Source: Octopus sinensis (Eukaryota). Taken from it: DNA of 64,000 nt. How positions within the stretch are numbered: position 1 is the stretch's first letter; the number at the start of each line of letters is the position of its first letter. The translations under genes and the position numbers were made by a program. The stretch lies in the NCBI RefSeq assembly GCF_006345805.1, contig NC_043005.1:107260001-107324000 (forward strand), given 5' to 3'. Below the pieces are notes generated by a model. The model did not search any database and was not told the origin of the DNA. It saw only the letters and a program-made list of their open reading frames with translations. Of this stretch, positions 36,741 through 50,090 are shown in pieces.

Positions 36741-38291
36741 TATGTTGTTTATGCAATGATGTATAAGTTGTGTGCCCCTTTCGTATATGAAGTATGATGA
36801 TACTATAAAGACAAGTTTAGTAATGTAATATTTCGATTGTAATTTAATTACAACATGCATCAATTACTTAATTACTGACGACACTACATACAAGAGCTTC
36901 TGCGGGATGGGTCATACCGAAGCGAATTACTGGTAACCAAAGAAATAACAGTTTTGAACGAAATGAATGCAAATTAATTCTTGCATGTCATTTAGTCACG
37001 TGATCTACAGTTTCAAACAACAAAAGAGTATTAGTATAATTCTTTACTTTTTATTGTCTTCGTGGTTATTATTGTTATGAATAGAAATGACGCATGTTAA
37101 CTATTATACCTTTTACTTTTGTCTGGACTTATCAAGAATTAAGTTGAATTCTCGTCGAAAGCAACTCCAAGTTATACCTTTCTGTGATTGCTAAATTAGT
37201 ATGTATTCAATTTAATCTCAGTTATCCATTTCACCTCAGATTTCAAGCCTGTTGCCCACAGTTAGACGTAATTCTTTCTTTAGCTAGATATAAGAGATTC
37301 GTTTGAGAACCAGGCAAAATGTTACAGAACGGTGGTTTTCAATTACGTTTTACTTATGAATCCCCGTTGATTACTAGTTTGCAATTCCATGTTTAAAAAT
37401 TAATTTTGTTGATACTTCTTTCATAATTCCTATTTTGTTTTACACACATTCACTGGTTTGCAATATTTCTCTATGAAAGAACACGTCCCAGTGGCCGGAA
37501 ATATGTTAAACAATATAAAACATTGGCGAAGGAAACACTTTTTCATGAAGCCGCAAATACTTCCATAGATCCGCAGATTATTATTTTTCTTGTGTGGGCA
37601 GTCAAAAATCGTATACGAACCCCCAGGTGTCACACACCTGGTTGAGAACTACTACTATACAGTCTTAAAACGCTAGTAAAACATCCATAACGCAAATCTC
37701 TCCTAATTAAATTTCCCAAATCGAATAAAGGATTACCTGGCATATACGGGAATTAATTTGATAAAATACATTTTTACATATAGTATGTGTAGCATTCGAC
37801 GAAGGTATTATTATAAGTTCATTGTTAAAGAAATTGCCATTAAATTTTGTTTTATATTTGTTACAAACAAAAGCTTAGTCGACGTTGTATCTCTTGAAAG
37901 CAGACGTAGAATCTGTTATTGGGTGTGCCATTGGTTACGTCTTTCGTATATTTCACATTATACTTTCCACATTTAGTCACTCCTAATTATTCGTTTCCTT
38001 TCCTTTATCAATCCGTTCTTGTCATCGTCGTCGTCGTCATTGTCGTCGTCGCCGTATTCATCAACTTCCAGATATTAATGTTACTAATCATTGTTTTTGT
38101 TGTTATCAATGATTGAAAAACAACAAAAACGAAAGTATTGTTGCCATTGTTGTTATTAATATTAGTTACTGAAAAGAATTTCTTATTGCTCTTATGACTA
38201 GAATTCTATTCGTATTCTAGTTACAAGTAATTATATATACATTATATATATATATATTATATATATATAATATATTATATATATATATATA

Positions 38292-38347
<56 letters not shown>

Positions 38348-38892
38348 TATATATATATAATATATATATTATATATATATATATATAATTATATATACAT
38401 GTGCACACACATATATATAACCATATACATACATTTATACATATATATACATAACTAAATATATGAATTTACACACACATACACACGTACACACACGCAC
38501 ACACATATATACACATATATATATAGGCGCCCAAACACATGCACCCAACATACATATGTACATATGTATTCTTTGGTGGCAAGAAACCTTGACTAATGTC
38601 TTCAGTCGGTTTCTTTACAGGCTTCTTCGCTTTTCCGTTATCTTCTAATCCCACAAATCTTTGGTCTTTTGAAATGGCAAGTCATTAGAATTTGGTATTT
38701 GGTGAAATATAACAGAGTCTATTATATTATATCATCCCTAAATTCCTGATTTTCTCAGGAAGTTGACATCAATAATATCGATCATGAATGTAAACATATG
38801 CAGATGATTTTGACATTATTCTGACAGTAATTTCTTTTCATGGTTCCATACGAATCTATTCTTGTTTGTTTTTGGGTGTGTGTGTCTTTGTG

Positions 38893-38982
<90 letters not shown>

Positions 38983-38997
38983 CTATATATATATATA

Positions 38998-39033
<36 letters not shown>

Positions 39034-39042
39034 GTATATATA

Positions 39043-39081
<39 letters not shown>

Positions 39082-39108
39082 TATACATATATATACATAT
39101 ATATATAC

Positions 39109-39161
<53 letters not shown>

Positions 39162-39489
39162 TATATATATATATATATATATATAAGTTGATACACACAC
39201 ACAGAAATACAGGAAGAGCTCACGAACTCTCACATAGTAGTCACTCATTCGAGATATACATATATAGATATGAAAATGTATATATTTGTTGCGGTTGTAT
39301 GTATGTGTGTATGTGTTTCTACATAAATCTACACGTATGTAATACATTGCTCTGTCAGATAAATTCTCTCGTTTCTTTCCAATTTTCTTTACTTAATAAA
39401 AAGTGTTGTTAGCTTAGTGTTTTATGAGTCTAGGCTACAGCTTCCGTTAACGTTCTAAAAAATTAATAATTTCTCCTTGTTTTCATATG

Positions 39490-39700
39490 TGTGCTAATGG
39501 AATACTTAACACAAAGAAAGCATTTTCTGTCACTGCTTTTCTTCGCACCCCTCGAAGGCTCCAGACTACCAAAGCCGCGTTAGACATTTGTGCTGCCTAC
39601 GGAGTAGTCTTTGTTACTGAAAGAACTACACAGAAATGGTTTTTTCGCTTTTCAGGTAGAGGAAATTCTACTTGCTAGAATCTCCGCGTTCCGGCTGGCT
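39490..39700 (+). pseudogene. mariner transposase N-terminal HTH fragment
   Basis: AALDICAAYG..FVTERTTQKWFFRF..GN...ESPRSG. Confidence 0.75.
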
Positions 39701-39802
39701 TTTTCAGTTCAATAAGGGTGTATAAAACGAGTTCATCCACAAGGAAGTGAGCTAGTCCACCAAGGAATTGGCCCTGCAGATGGTGTGATCTCATTGTACC
39801 TA

Positions 39803-40030
39803 TTTCTTTACTACCCACAAGGGGTTAAACACAGAGGGGACAAACAAGGACAGACGCACGGATTAAGTCGATTACATCGACCCCAGTGCGTAACTTCCTT
39901 ATTTAATCAACCCCGAAAGGACGAAAAGCAAAGTCGGCCTCGGGGGAATTTGAACTCAGAACGTAACGGCAGACGAAATACCGCTAAGCATTTCGCCCGG
40001 CGTGCTGACGTTTCTGCCAACTCGCTGCCT
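39803..40030 (-). mobile_element. SINE family C
   Basis: Full head, core and tail 1 on the minus strand. Confidence 0.9.
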
Positions 40031-40164
40031 TGTGATCTCATTGTACCGTCACCCATTACCTTTACCCGATGTGTAAGTTCTAAAAATTTGGTGCATGAGT
40101 ACCACATGCTTTGCAGGAAAGAGGTATGTTTCAGCGCTCCTCAATCGCAGCGAATCTGATCGCT

Positions 40165-42700
40165 AGACATCACGATAGTTAGGTCTTGACAGATACGTTT
40201 ATATCGATTGGGACAGTCATATCAATGAGGAGGCATGATTTTTGTCTGAAGTTTTTCAATATGATGTCTGGTATATTTGCATCTATCTCTCTGTTATTTT
40301 GAATAGTGAAGTTCCAGAGGAGTGAGATATGACCATTTTTGAGCACTGGAGGTGGTTTGTGTTCCCACCAGTTTTTATCATGGGGCAGATCCAGGTTTTT
40401 GCAAATTACCCAGTGAATATATTGTGCAGCTCTATCATGTATGTTGAGATACTCTGTCGGCGCAAGAATACTGCACTTGGACACAACATTATCAATGGTT
40501 TCATTTTGTTGTTGACATACACGACAAGTTGGGAATTCTTTGATATGTTGGCCTGGTAGTTTCATGTAGGTAAGCATTGATCTTGGGTTGCTATGATAAA
40601 CCCTTCTGTTTCTGATTTTAACTCAGAGGCCATTAGCCATTGATGGGTGAGGGCTTTGTCAACATCGGCATAATTCGCTCTCTTTGGGCATTTGCCATTG
40701 AGAGGCTTTTCTTGCCCTTTATCAGTCAGAATATCTAAGGCAGCAGTTTTAGCACGGGTTTTCATACGCTTAGCTTTTTCTCTGCTTGTTTCTATTACTT
40801 CAAATTTTGTCATTTGTATTTGGAATTCATTTATATATCCCTTTGCCTGTTTTGGTATTGAGTATGATGCATTCTTGTTTTCATATTTTCATATTTTGAG
40901 ATAAGTTTTAACATTCAGTCCTCAGAGATTAGTTATATTCGGTCACGATGCTATGATCACAGGTAGGTGTCTAGGCCAATTGTGGCATTCTTCATTGTTA
41001 ATGCCAGATGTAAAAGTCCACGACCTCCCTCTTTTCTTGGCAGATAAAGTCGTTCTGTATCTGCCTTAGGGTGGTGCATTCTATGCATTGTCAACAGTTT
41101 TCGTATTTTTCTGTCAAGATTACATATTTCAGTAATTGACCAGTTAATTATATGTTGAAACTGTAAGTCACGACTGGTAGAGCTAAAGTATTGATCGCTT
41201 CGATCCTGTTTCTTGCATTCAGCTCTGTCTTTAGTATTGCTCTCACCCTACGATAACATTCTCTTCTGATCCTTTCCCTCATCACTGCATGTTTGATTCC
41301 GTCCCCTTCAAATATCCCTACGTACTTCTAGCTCTCCGCTGGTTCTAACTCTTTTATGACATTCTGCTGGTCAATGTTAACGTTAGATGTTTGTCATTTT
41401 TCCTTTGATAAAGGTAGCTTTTGCACATTTATCGAGGCCAAATTGCATCCTGACGTCATCACTGAATTGTTTAACAATCGCTAGTAAGCCCTTGAGTTGT
41501 TGGTCATATTTTGCAAAGAGCTTTAAATCATCCATGTAAATGAGATGATTTATATTTTTATCAAACATTTTATAACCTTACTGTACATCATTGAGCAATT
41601 TCGAGAGAGGTTTTAAGGATAGACAAAGGAGGAGTGATGATAGTGAGTCACCCTGGAAAATGCCACATGAAATTCTTACATCTCCAGCATTAAGAGATTC
41701 ATTGTCACTGATCAAAATCAGTGTGGTTCTCCATAATCTCATACTAACAGACAAAAGCTTTCGCAGAGTAGGAGCTATTTTATACATTTCCAGACATTTC
41801 TTAATCCAGATACGTGGTAGGCTATCAAAAGCTTTTTTATAGTCTATCCAGGCTATTAACAAGTTTTTGTGCCGATTATGACAATCTTCCAAGATCAGCT
41901 TATTGACGAGGAGCTGATCTTTATAACCATACGATCCACGCTTACATCATTTTGGCTCATTAGGGAATATGCCACTTTCTATTAAAATACTATAGGTATA
42001 TTCTGTCAAGACAGATGTTAGCGTTGTATACATTGTTGCTAAGCAGGTTATGGGTCGATAATATTTTGGTTCATTTGGTTCTTCATTTTTTGGAAGTAGG
42101 GGTGTAAGACCATTATCTTTACTGTAACTGGTATTTTCCCTATCTTCCTGTAAAAAATTTCGGGATTATTTTTTAACATGTTGTTATCCATGAAGAATCT
42201 AACGCGCTTTTCATACCTTGCTATGCGGGCAACTTTAGCAGAAACCTTTTGCTTGATTGTTTCTATAGTGGTATCAACGTCGAATATGGTTTTCATATAT
42301 TTTTTCTTTACTTTTCGGATTTTGTAGTTTTGATAGCCTTGTCAAACTTAAGGTTTTCAAAATATTCTATGTCAGACCTAAATAGCTTAATTTGGTGTTG
42401 AATACGCTCTTGCCAAGAAGGCTTTTTGTGGGAATGTTGTCGTTTACTAATCTTCTCACCACATAGAATCGTTGAGAATTTCGCGGATGCATAGTTTAGA
42501 TGAGATTTCGGTAACTCTATTTTTTCTATTTCAGAAAGGAGGCAGAGTACCTCAATACTGGCACTACCCTTTTATTTACGTCTTTAATCATGTTTCCTCT
42601 ATTTAATTTTGTTTCGAGTAACTTTCTAATTCTCCTTTTGAACTCTTTAGTGACATTCTTACTCATTTCTCTTTCAATTACCTTATCGTCTTGCCGCTAT
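40165..42700 (-). mobile_element. R4/Dong-like RLE non-LTR retrotransposon, decayed
   Basis: [55 protein letters not shown]...PDIILK...LLIDMTVP; homologous to 53846-55850. Confidence 0.9.
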
Positions 42701-44391
42701 TATTATTAGTCTAATTCCTAAGGTAGAGAGATATACTGAGATGTTATGTGTAACTATGTAAGTGCACATCGATTGATTATGCATAGCGTGAATTTCTCCC
42801 GAATACTTTTTTTACTTTTATTAAAAATACAAATGGAAAAACATTGCCTCAATTACTATTATACCTGTGAATTAGTGAAAAACATCTAAGAGTGCTGGTT
42901 TTGATGGATTGGTGTCCTATACATGCATAACGGTCGTTCGATCTTATAATATTCTCTCTAGGTGTGTTATTATAAATTTTAGTTTTTGAAATATTTCCGA
43001 TGTCTTTTTTTTCATTATAGATACACAAAAGTACATAACTGATAATATTACCAAAGTATGTTACAGGCAGTTGTGATTTTCACTCTTAAGCCAAGAAATT
43101 TAATACTGGTCTTAGTTATATTCGGTCACGATGCTATGATCACAGGGATTATTATCAATCAAATACACTGCCTCAGTGATCAAACTGCTCACTCTGGTAC
43201 TCTTAATGCTAATGATACTGCTGAAGCTATGATCAGTGACTTTGGTCAATTATCCTTTTGGCAGCTCATAGCATATAGACAACGTACTCGATGTTTTATC
43301 TGCATATCTAATTGCAGTCGGTATGCAGCGTTGTAAAATTTTAAAGTGTTACAAATACCGGAGAGATTATTTGGTGAGAGATATGCAAGCAGCATAAAAC
43401 AGATGGAATAAATCTGAAAAAGTTTCGAAATAAGTAAGAAGAGAGCATGAAATTACTAGAGAATCATTTTAAAACCGAGCCGACTTTCAAGTCTATAAGA
43501 CCTGTGTCCCCGTCTGTGCGGAAAAAAAATAACGAATCGATAATTTTACAAATTTATATGTAAGGATGATCGATTAAAATACATTAGTAAAAAAGATTAA
43601 GCAATGTTTTTTACATGACATTTAGAGAGCGTATTATCAAATGTTTTCAGTTTTGAATGACGTTGAGATTGGGCCCACATTACAGCTCTGTATAAGATTA
43701 CCTCTCAACATATTCGTTCGATTTGCTAGATAAAGTAGCTAATTTCCATAAAAGTTGCAACCTGCTACCTTAGGTATACTACGTCTGAAAAAGAGAAATC
43801 TCAGTGAAAGAGTATTGGGGCTGGATTACTCTTGGTTATAGGAGGTCTAGGCACTAAGGTACAACTTAGTGCAATATAACAACCATAAGCAAAAATGATG
43901 GTTCTGGTTCTAATTAGGAACTCGAATGCAAAACAAGGGCTCTTAATTGTGGTATCTAGAAAACTGTGTATCGATATCTAATAAAACGCGAATTCATACC
44001 TCGGAAAATGAACAATTGAATAAAGAGATTATGGATGTATTTCTAACGACAGCGCAACACAGAATTTGTGCAACATTGAATAAGGAAATGTAGAAAGGTA
44101 CAAAGTGAAATGAGCAATCTTGTGAAAAAAGCAGCTGCATTCTGGAAAAAGGGCATCTACAACGAGCTACACGTGCTATTTTACATAAGGTAACGTGCAA
44201 GAGTATCTGTGGAAATATGAAACCGTACCTTGGGAAATAAAGAACTGTCTGTAATTATCTTTACACTATAGTAACCACTTACTGCTAGAGGGTGATAGGA
44301 ACTGACAACATAACTGGTGGTATTCAATGCAAAAATTACATTTTGTAACAAATCACAGGCACTAGCATATATGTATATATATATATATATA

Positions 44392-44481
<90 letters not shown>

Positions 44482-44927
44482 ACACACAGAGAAACGCACG
44501 TACACACACTCACACACATGCATACACATATATATATATGTGCATTCATTCATGCATGTATATATAAATACACTGGCACGAACGTATATATTCAGTTATG
44601 TATGACTTTGTGCGTGAGTTTTGTATATACACAAACATATATAATAAATATGTGTGTACTCACACGTATGTAAGTACATATATGTATGCGTATACATACA
44701 TGCATCTATACACCCACTTCCCCCCAACAAAAGCATCTATTTATGTATGCACAAACGTGTAGCTGGATCAAATATATTATATGGTCGAATATGCAGATGA
44801 AAATTGCATCAAAGCCAATTTTTCAAGCTTCTGCTTGCTCCCACTCTCTTTCCCACATACTATACCCCCTCTTCCTTCCTCTTCTCTCTTTTATTCTCTC
44901 CCATTCTCTCCCTCTTTCTATGCGTAT

Positions 44928-44983
<56 letters not shown>

Positions 44984-45543
44984 CTAAAACACTTTCATTT
45001 AAAACTATCCACACGTGCTGCCTCACACATAGACCCATATAGATAACGCCATCACGAACATAACTACCACCAGCACCACCTACGCCATCACCATCCACAA
45101 AACTATAACATATACCTTCCAATATAAATACTTCAAATAAAAAAAATGTCTTAATTGTCTCCCGTATAGACAGTCTTAGTTTTTAAAGTGTAACGCATCA
45201 AAGATGCAAAGCTGAGCACAAAAGGACAATTAAGATATAAAACTTTTATTATACAGCTTCAATAGTCTTTCACTCTTATCCCTATGTCACAGTTTCACTC
45301 TTATTTTTCACCAGTTTTGATTGTGATGTATGATAATTACATAATCATAAGAATACTAATAAGCTTAACGTTTCTTTAAAAGAATCATGTTGCGTTTGTG
45401 TGTAAATTTTATAGTTATACATATATATACATATACATATATATATATATATATACATATATATATGTGTGTGTGTGCGTATATATATATGTTTATATAT
45501 GTATATATATGCTTACATCTACATAAATATACATGCATACATG

Positions 45544-45576
<33 letters not shown>

Positions 45577-45630
45577 CAATCTAATGTAAGCGTACATTTA
45601 TATATACACATATATATATAAATACATACT

Positions 45631-45667
<37 letters not shown>

Positions 45668-45676
45668 TATACATAC

Positions 45677-45709
<33 letters not shown>

Positions 45710-45737
45710 CATATATATATACACACACACACACACA

Positions 45738-45783
<46 letters not shown>

Positions 45784-45891
45784 AATTATAATATTAATGC
45801 ACATGCATATAATTACATAAAAATACACACACATTTACAAACACAGTGCCTGCAAAAGTATATGTGTATTTGTGTATTTATATATGTGTGC

Positions 45892-45940
<49 letters not shown>

Positions 45941-46601
45941 AGTGTCGGTATATGTGTATATACCAGTGTATTTGTGTTCGTACGTATGGGTTGATATATG
46001 TTTGTGCGTTAGTGCTATTGCGTATATGTGCGATGTGCGTATATGAACGTTCGGCTATTTTATTTGTTTCGAAACAATAACAACTCCAAACAACAAAATC
46101 AACCACAACAATAATATCAGCAACCGCAGCAGTATCAGCAACACCACCACCACCACCAACAACAACAACAAAAACAAAAACAACAACAACAGCAACAACA
46201 ACTCAGTTACCACAAAGAACAACCTTATAAAGACACAACTAAAAGCCTAGCTCTTTAAACACTATGAAATCTTTCATAATACGTTAATAAAACTTTCGAC
46301 TTAAAAGGACTATCCCCTCATGGCAACCCCCTTCATCCAATATCTTTGAGATAAATACCTTCTTTAAGGCACCACAAAAACATCATTCTCTGATCACCGA
46401 CGCTGCCCCTCCCCCACGCCCCACTCACTACCTCTCCATCTCTTCTACAGCTAGTGCCAAATACACACCTATCAACTGTTAGCACAGCTACCAACACATT
46501 AGCCAACACAGAAGAAGAAAAGCAAAAACAACAACAGCAGCAACAACAACAACAGCAACTACTACTACTACTCCTACTCCTACAACTACTACTACTACTA
46601 G

Positions 46602-46642
<41 letters not shown>

Positions 46643-46669
46643 ATAATAATAATAATAATAATCCTTTCT

Positions 46670-47497
46670 ACTTTAGGCACAAGACCAGAAATTTGGGCGA
46701 CGTGAGTAGTCGATTATATCGACACCAGTATTTAACTGTTACTTAATTTATCGACCACGAAAGGATGAAAGGCAAAATTGACCTCGGCGGAATTTGAACT
46801 CAGAACGTAAAGAGGGACGAAATGCCGCTAAGCATTTTACGCGGGTCGATAACGATTCTCCCAGCTTTCTGCTTTATAATGATCCTTCCTACTATAGGCA
46901 CAAAGGGCTGAAATTTGAGGCGAGAGGGCTAGACGATTATTTCAACCTCAGTACGGAACTGGTACCTAATTTATCAACCTTGAAATGGTGAAGGCAAAGT
47001 CGACTTCAGCGGAATTTGAACTCAGAACATAATAACGGACAAAAAAATACACACTAAGCATTTCTCCTTGAGTGCTACCGATTCAGTCAGCTGGCCGCCC
47101 AAACGATAATTAGAATTATCATTTTAAAATTTTGCTATAAGAGTAGATTGTGGGAGGTGGGTATGAGTCGATTACATCTACCCCAATGTTCAACTGGTAC
47201 TTATTTTATCGACCCCGAAAGGACGAAATGCAAATTTGAACTCAAAACGTATCGACGGGCGAAATACCTATTTCTTTACTACCCACAAGGGTCCAAACAC
47301 AGAAGGGGCAAACAAGGACAGACAAACGGATTAAGTCGATTATATCGACCCCAGTGCGTCACTGGAACTTATTTAATCGACCCCGAAAGGATGAAAGGCA
47401 AAGTCGACTTCGGTGGAATTTTAACTCAGAACGTTACGGCGGACGAAATACGGCTACATTTTGCCCGGCGTGCTAACGCTTCTGCCAGCTCGCCGCC
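46670..47497 (-). mobile_element. Cluster of four co-oriented SINE family C units (last two form a dimer)
   Basis: Cores at about 46670-46850, 46890-47098, 47130-47268 and 47269-47497. Confidence 0.85.
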
Positions 47498-47954
47498 TTA
47501 ACAATGATAATAATAATTATGATGATGATGGTGATGATGATCGCAATTTCCACAGCCCCAATATCAACAGCTTCAAATTTCACCTGAGTCGGAATTATAA
47601 ACACTCTTACAACCACACCCAACTCGGCAACCACTCCAATATGCACCATTGTACTTAAAATCCTCAGTTGTTCTTTTTCTACTGCTTTATCGCATCATTA
47701 TCATCGTCATTATCACCGCTGTTGTCGTTGTCGTTATCGTTATCACAACCATTACCGACGCCATATTAATTATTATATATTGTTCCTATCCTTCTCATAT
47801 TCTTCTCAATAAAATAAAGTTAGTCGTAGCGTTGTCAATTGAAATGATAATAATGGTAGTAGCAGTTATAGCTTTGGTTGAAGTGGTGATCTACAGATTA
47901 ATAACAGTGGTGATGGTTGCAATACTTGCAGCAGCAGCAGCTTTAACATAATAA

Positions 47955-48003
<49 letters not shown>

Positions 48004-48294
48004 GGTGGTGGTGGTGGTGGTGGTGGTGGTGGTGAGGGCAGTATGGTTGTTGTTATTATTACTTTGTATACTGACATTTAACCTTGTCAGAACAAACTTA
48101 TAATGGAGGTATTTCGGCAGTGACCATCTACACTCAAGGTACCGATGGCGACAATACCTGATTCGTTCTTTAACTAATATGTCAGAGGGGGGGGGTGTTA
48201 GAAGGAAGTGTTCCTCGTTCGATCTAGCGGGTTATGTAACTACTTAGGGACTCTCAGTTTGTGACTGAATTTGGTGGCTATTTTAATCTTTTAT

Positions 48295-48500
48295 CCTTTA
48301 TCTGTTTCAGTCCTTAGGTCGTGGTAATGCCGGAGCACTTCCTTGAGGAATTCTTAGTCAAATGAATTGATCTCAGTACTTATTTCTGTTTTAAGTCTGG
48401 CATTTATTTTATCGGATCTCTTTTGCCGAACAGCTAATGTAATGTTACGGGGACATAAACAAACCAACGTTGGTTATCAATCTGTGAGGGGTAAAAACAC
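48295..48500 (-). mobile_element. Diverged SINE family B 3' half
   Basis: Reverse complement resembles CGGCAAAAGAGACCGATAGAATAAGTACT...GCTCC...ATGGCCGC...GACTGAAACA. Confidence 0.6.
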
Positions 48501-48942
48501 ACACACACACACATTTTACATAAAGAAAGTAAATTTCGAACGCAGTATTATCACGAGAAGAGCAGGAAGACTGGGTTATAAGGCGGGAAAAGTTGTCAGC
48601 AGACAGATACGAGACTCGAACACGTACTCTTCAGATACCGGCTGAGTACCCTACCATTAAGCTGAACGGCCCACTGAGTCTAACCAAATATGTGTTGTGC
48701 TTCACCTGAGGCTTCTTCAGTCACTTGATCGGGGGATGTGACTACGGCTGGTTAAGAGAAAAGTAAACAAAAAAAGTAGTTATACAGATAAACACAGAAC
48801 GGAAAGGAAGCTACACCGTTCGATAGGGTTTTTGTAAATGTGGTACGGTGGCTTGAAAGTGAAGTAGGAAATATAGATGGAGTTGAGGTTCTGAAGTTGG
48901 TATAGATGATGGTATAGTGGCACTGATGCATAATATGCTGGG

Positions 48943-49175
48943 AAGGCGGCGAGTTGGGAGAAACGTTAGCGCGCCGGGCGAAATGCGTGGCCGTATTTCG
49001 TCTGTCGTTACGTTCCGAGTTTAAATTCCGCCGAGGTCGACTTTGCCTTTCATCCTTTCGGGGTCGATAAATTAAGGACCAGTTACGCACTGGAGTCGAT
49101 GTAAACGACTTAATCCCAATGTCTGGCCTTGTTTGTCCCCTCTGTGTTTAGCCCCTTCTGATTAGTAAAGAAATA
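48943..49175 (+). mobile_element. SINE family C
   Basis: AAGGCGGCGAGTTGGGAGAAACGTTAG head through TAGTAAAGAAATAG tail. Confidence 0.9.
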
Positions 49176-49724
49176 GATGTATAATATGCTGGTGGTTGTG
49201 TTGGTGGTGTGCCGAATTGTCGGTATTTTCGTGCACCAACATGGAATAGAAATCACGTTGCAGATGGTGATGGCTTTGATGATGACGACAAAAAGTCTAT
49301 TATCATGAGTATCATGAGTGTCACGAATGGATGTAATATTAACATCAACATCACAACATTAGTCGTAGGTACTCGCAGTACCACCAGAGCCTAAACCGAA
49401 CTCAGTAGCTGCTCAGTTATCAAAGACACTCCTACAACATTTATCCACTGCCCACAAAATCAACCATATATCTCCCGGCACATCTAATGCACTTCTCTTT
49501 ATATATCTGTATATTTGGCTCTCTATCATGTTTCCTTTCATCACAAGCTATAATTACAGCCCTCATTCAGTTCCTGGCGAAATCTTGAGTGAAACAAAAT
49601 ATGACTTGTGTAGGAAACATAGTGAGACGCTTTAAGTTCCTTATTTTAGGGAGCCTGACGATATCTGTATGAACTTATACACACAAGTATATGTATGTAT
49701 ATGTATGTGTACATATATATATGT

Positions 49725-50090
49725 CACCGACAGTATCAAAAAATGCGGAAGACCTAACTGTGGAGTATGTATCAATGCAATTGAGAAATCGGAGTTTGAA
49801 ACAATGTCAAAGTTTCACAGTGAAAAGCAACGTCACATGTGCTTCGGAAAATCTAATATATGTATCAACTTGCACAGGGTGTCAAGAACAATATATTGAT
49901 CGAACTAAAAACACTTTACGTCAGAGTATGATGGTACATAGATCCCAAATTAAAATACGAGAATACGAGAAAGATAGGATTACCCAACTTCAAAATTTTC
50001 CCCCTCTATAAATACAGGGAAAATGCAACTTATAGACAGTGCATCTGCATAAAAGCATACTTTATCATAAAATGTAAACCTCCTTTGAAT
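49725..50090 (+). pseudogene. Neptune-type PLE Zn-linker plus GIY-YIG fragment
   Basis: KKCGRPNCGVC...VTCASENLIYVSTCTGCQEQYIDRTKNTLRQ..MVHRSQI; homologous to 17110-17620. Confidence 0.85.

Noticed and set aside
28648-37655. Possible pairing of the hAT left end with a Charlie-like right end (CCTGGTTGAGAACTACTA, about 37636-37653)
   Set aside because: No matching 8-bp TSD, and this terminal motif is shared by many hAT families.
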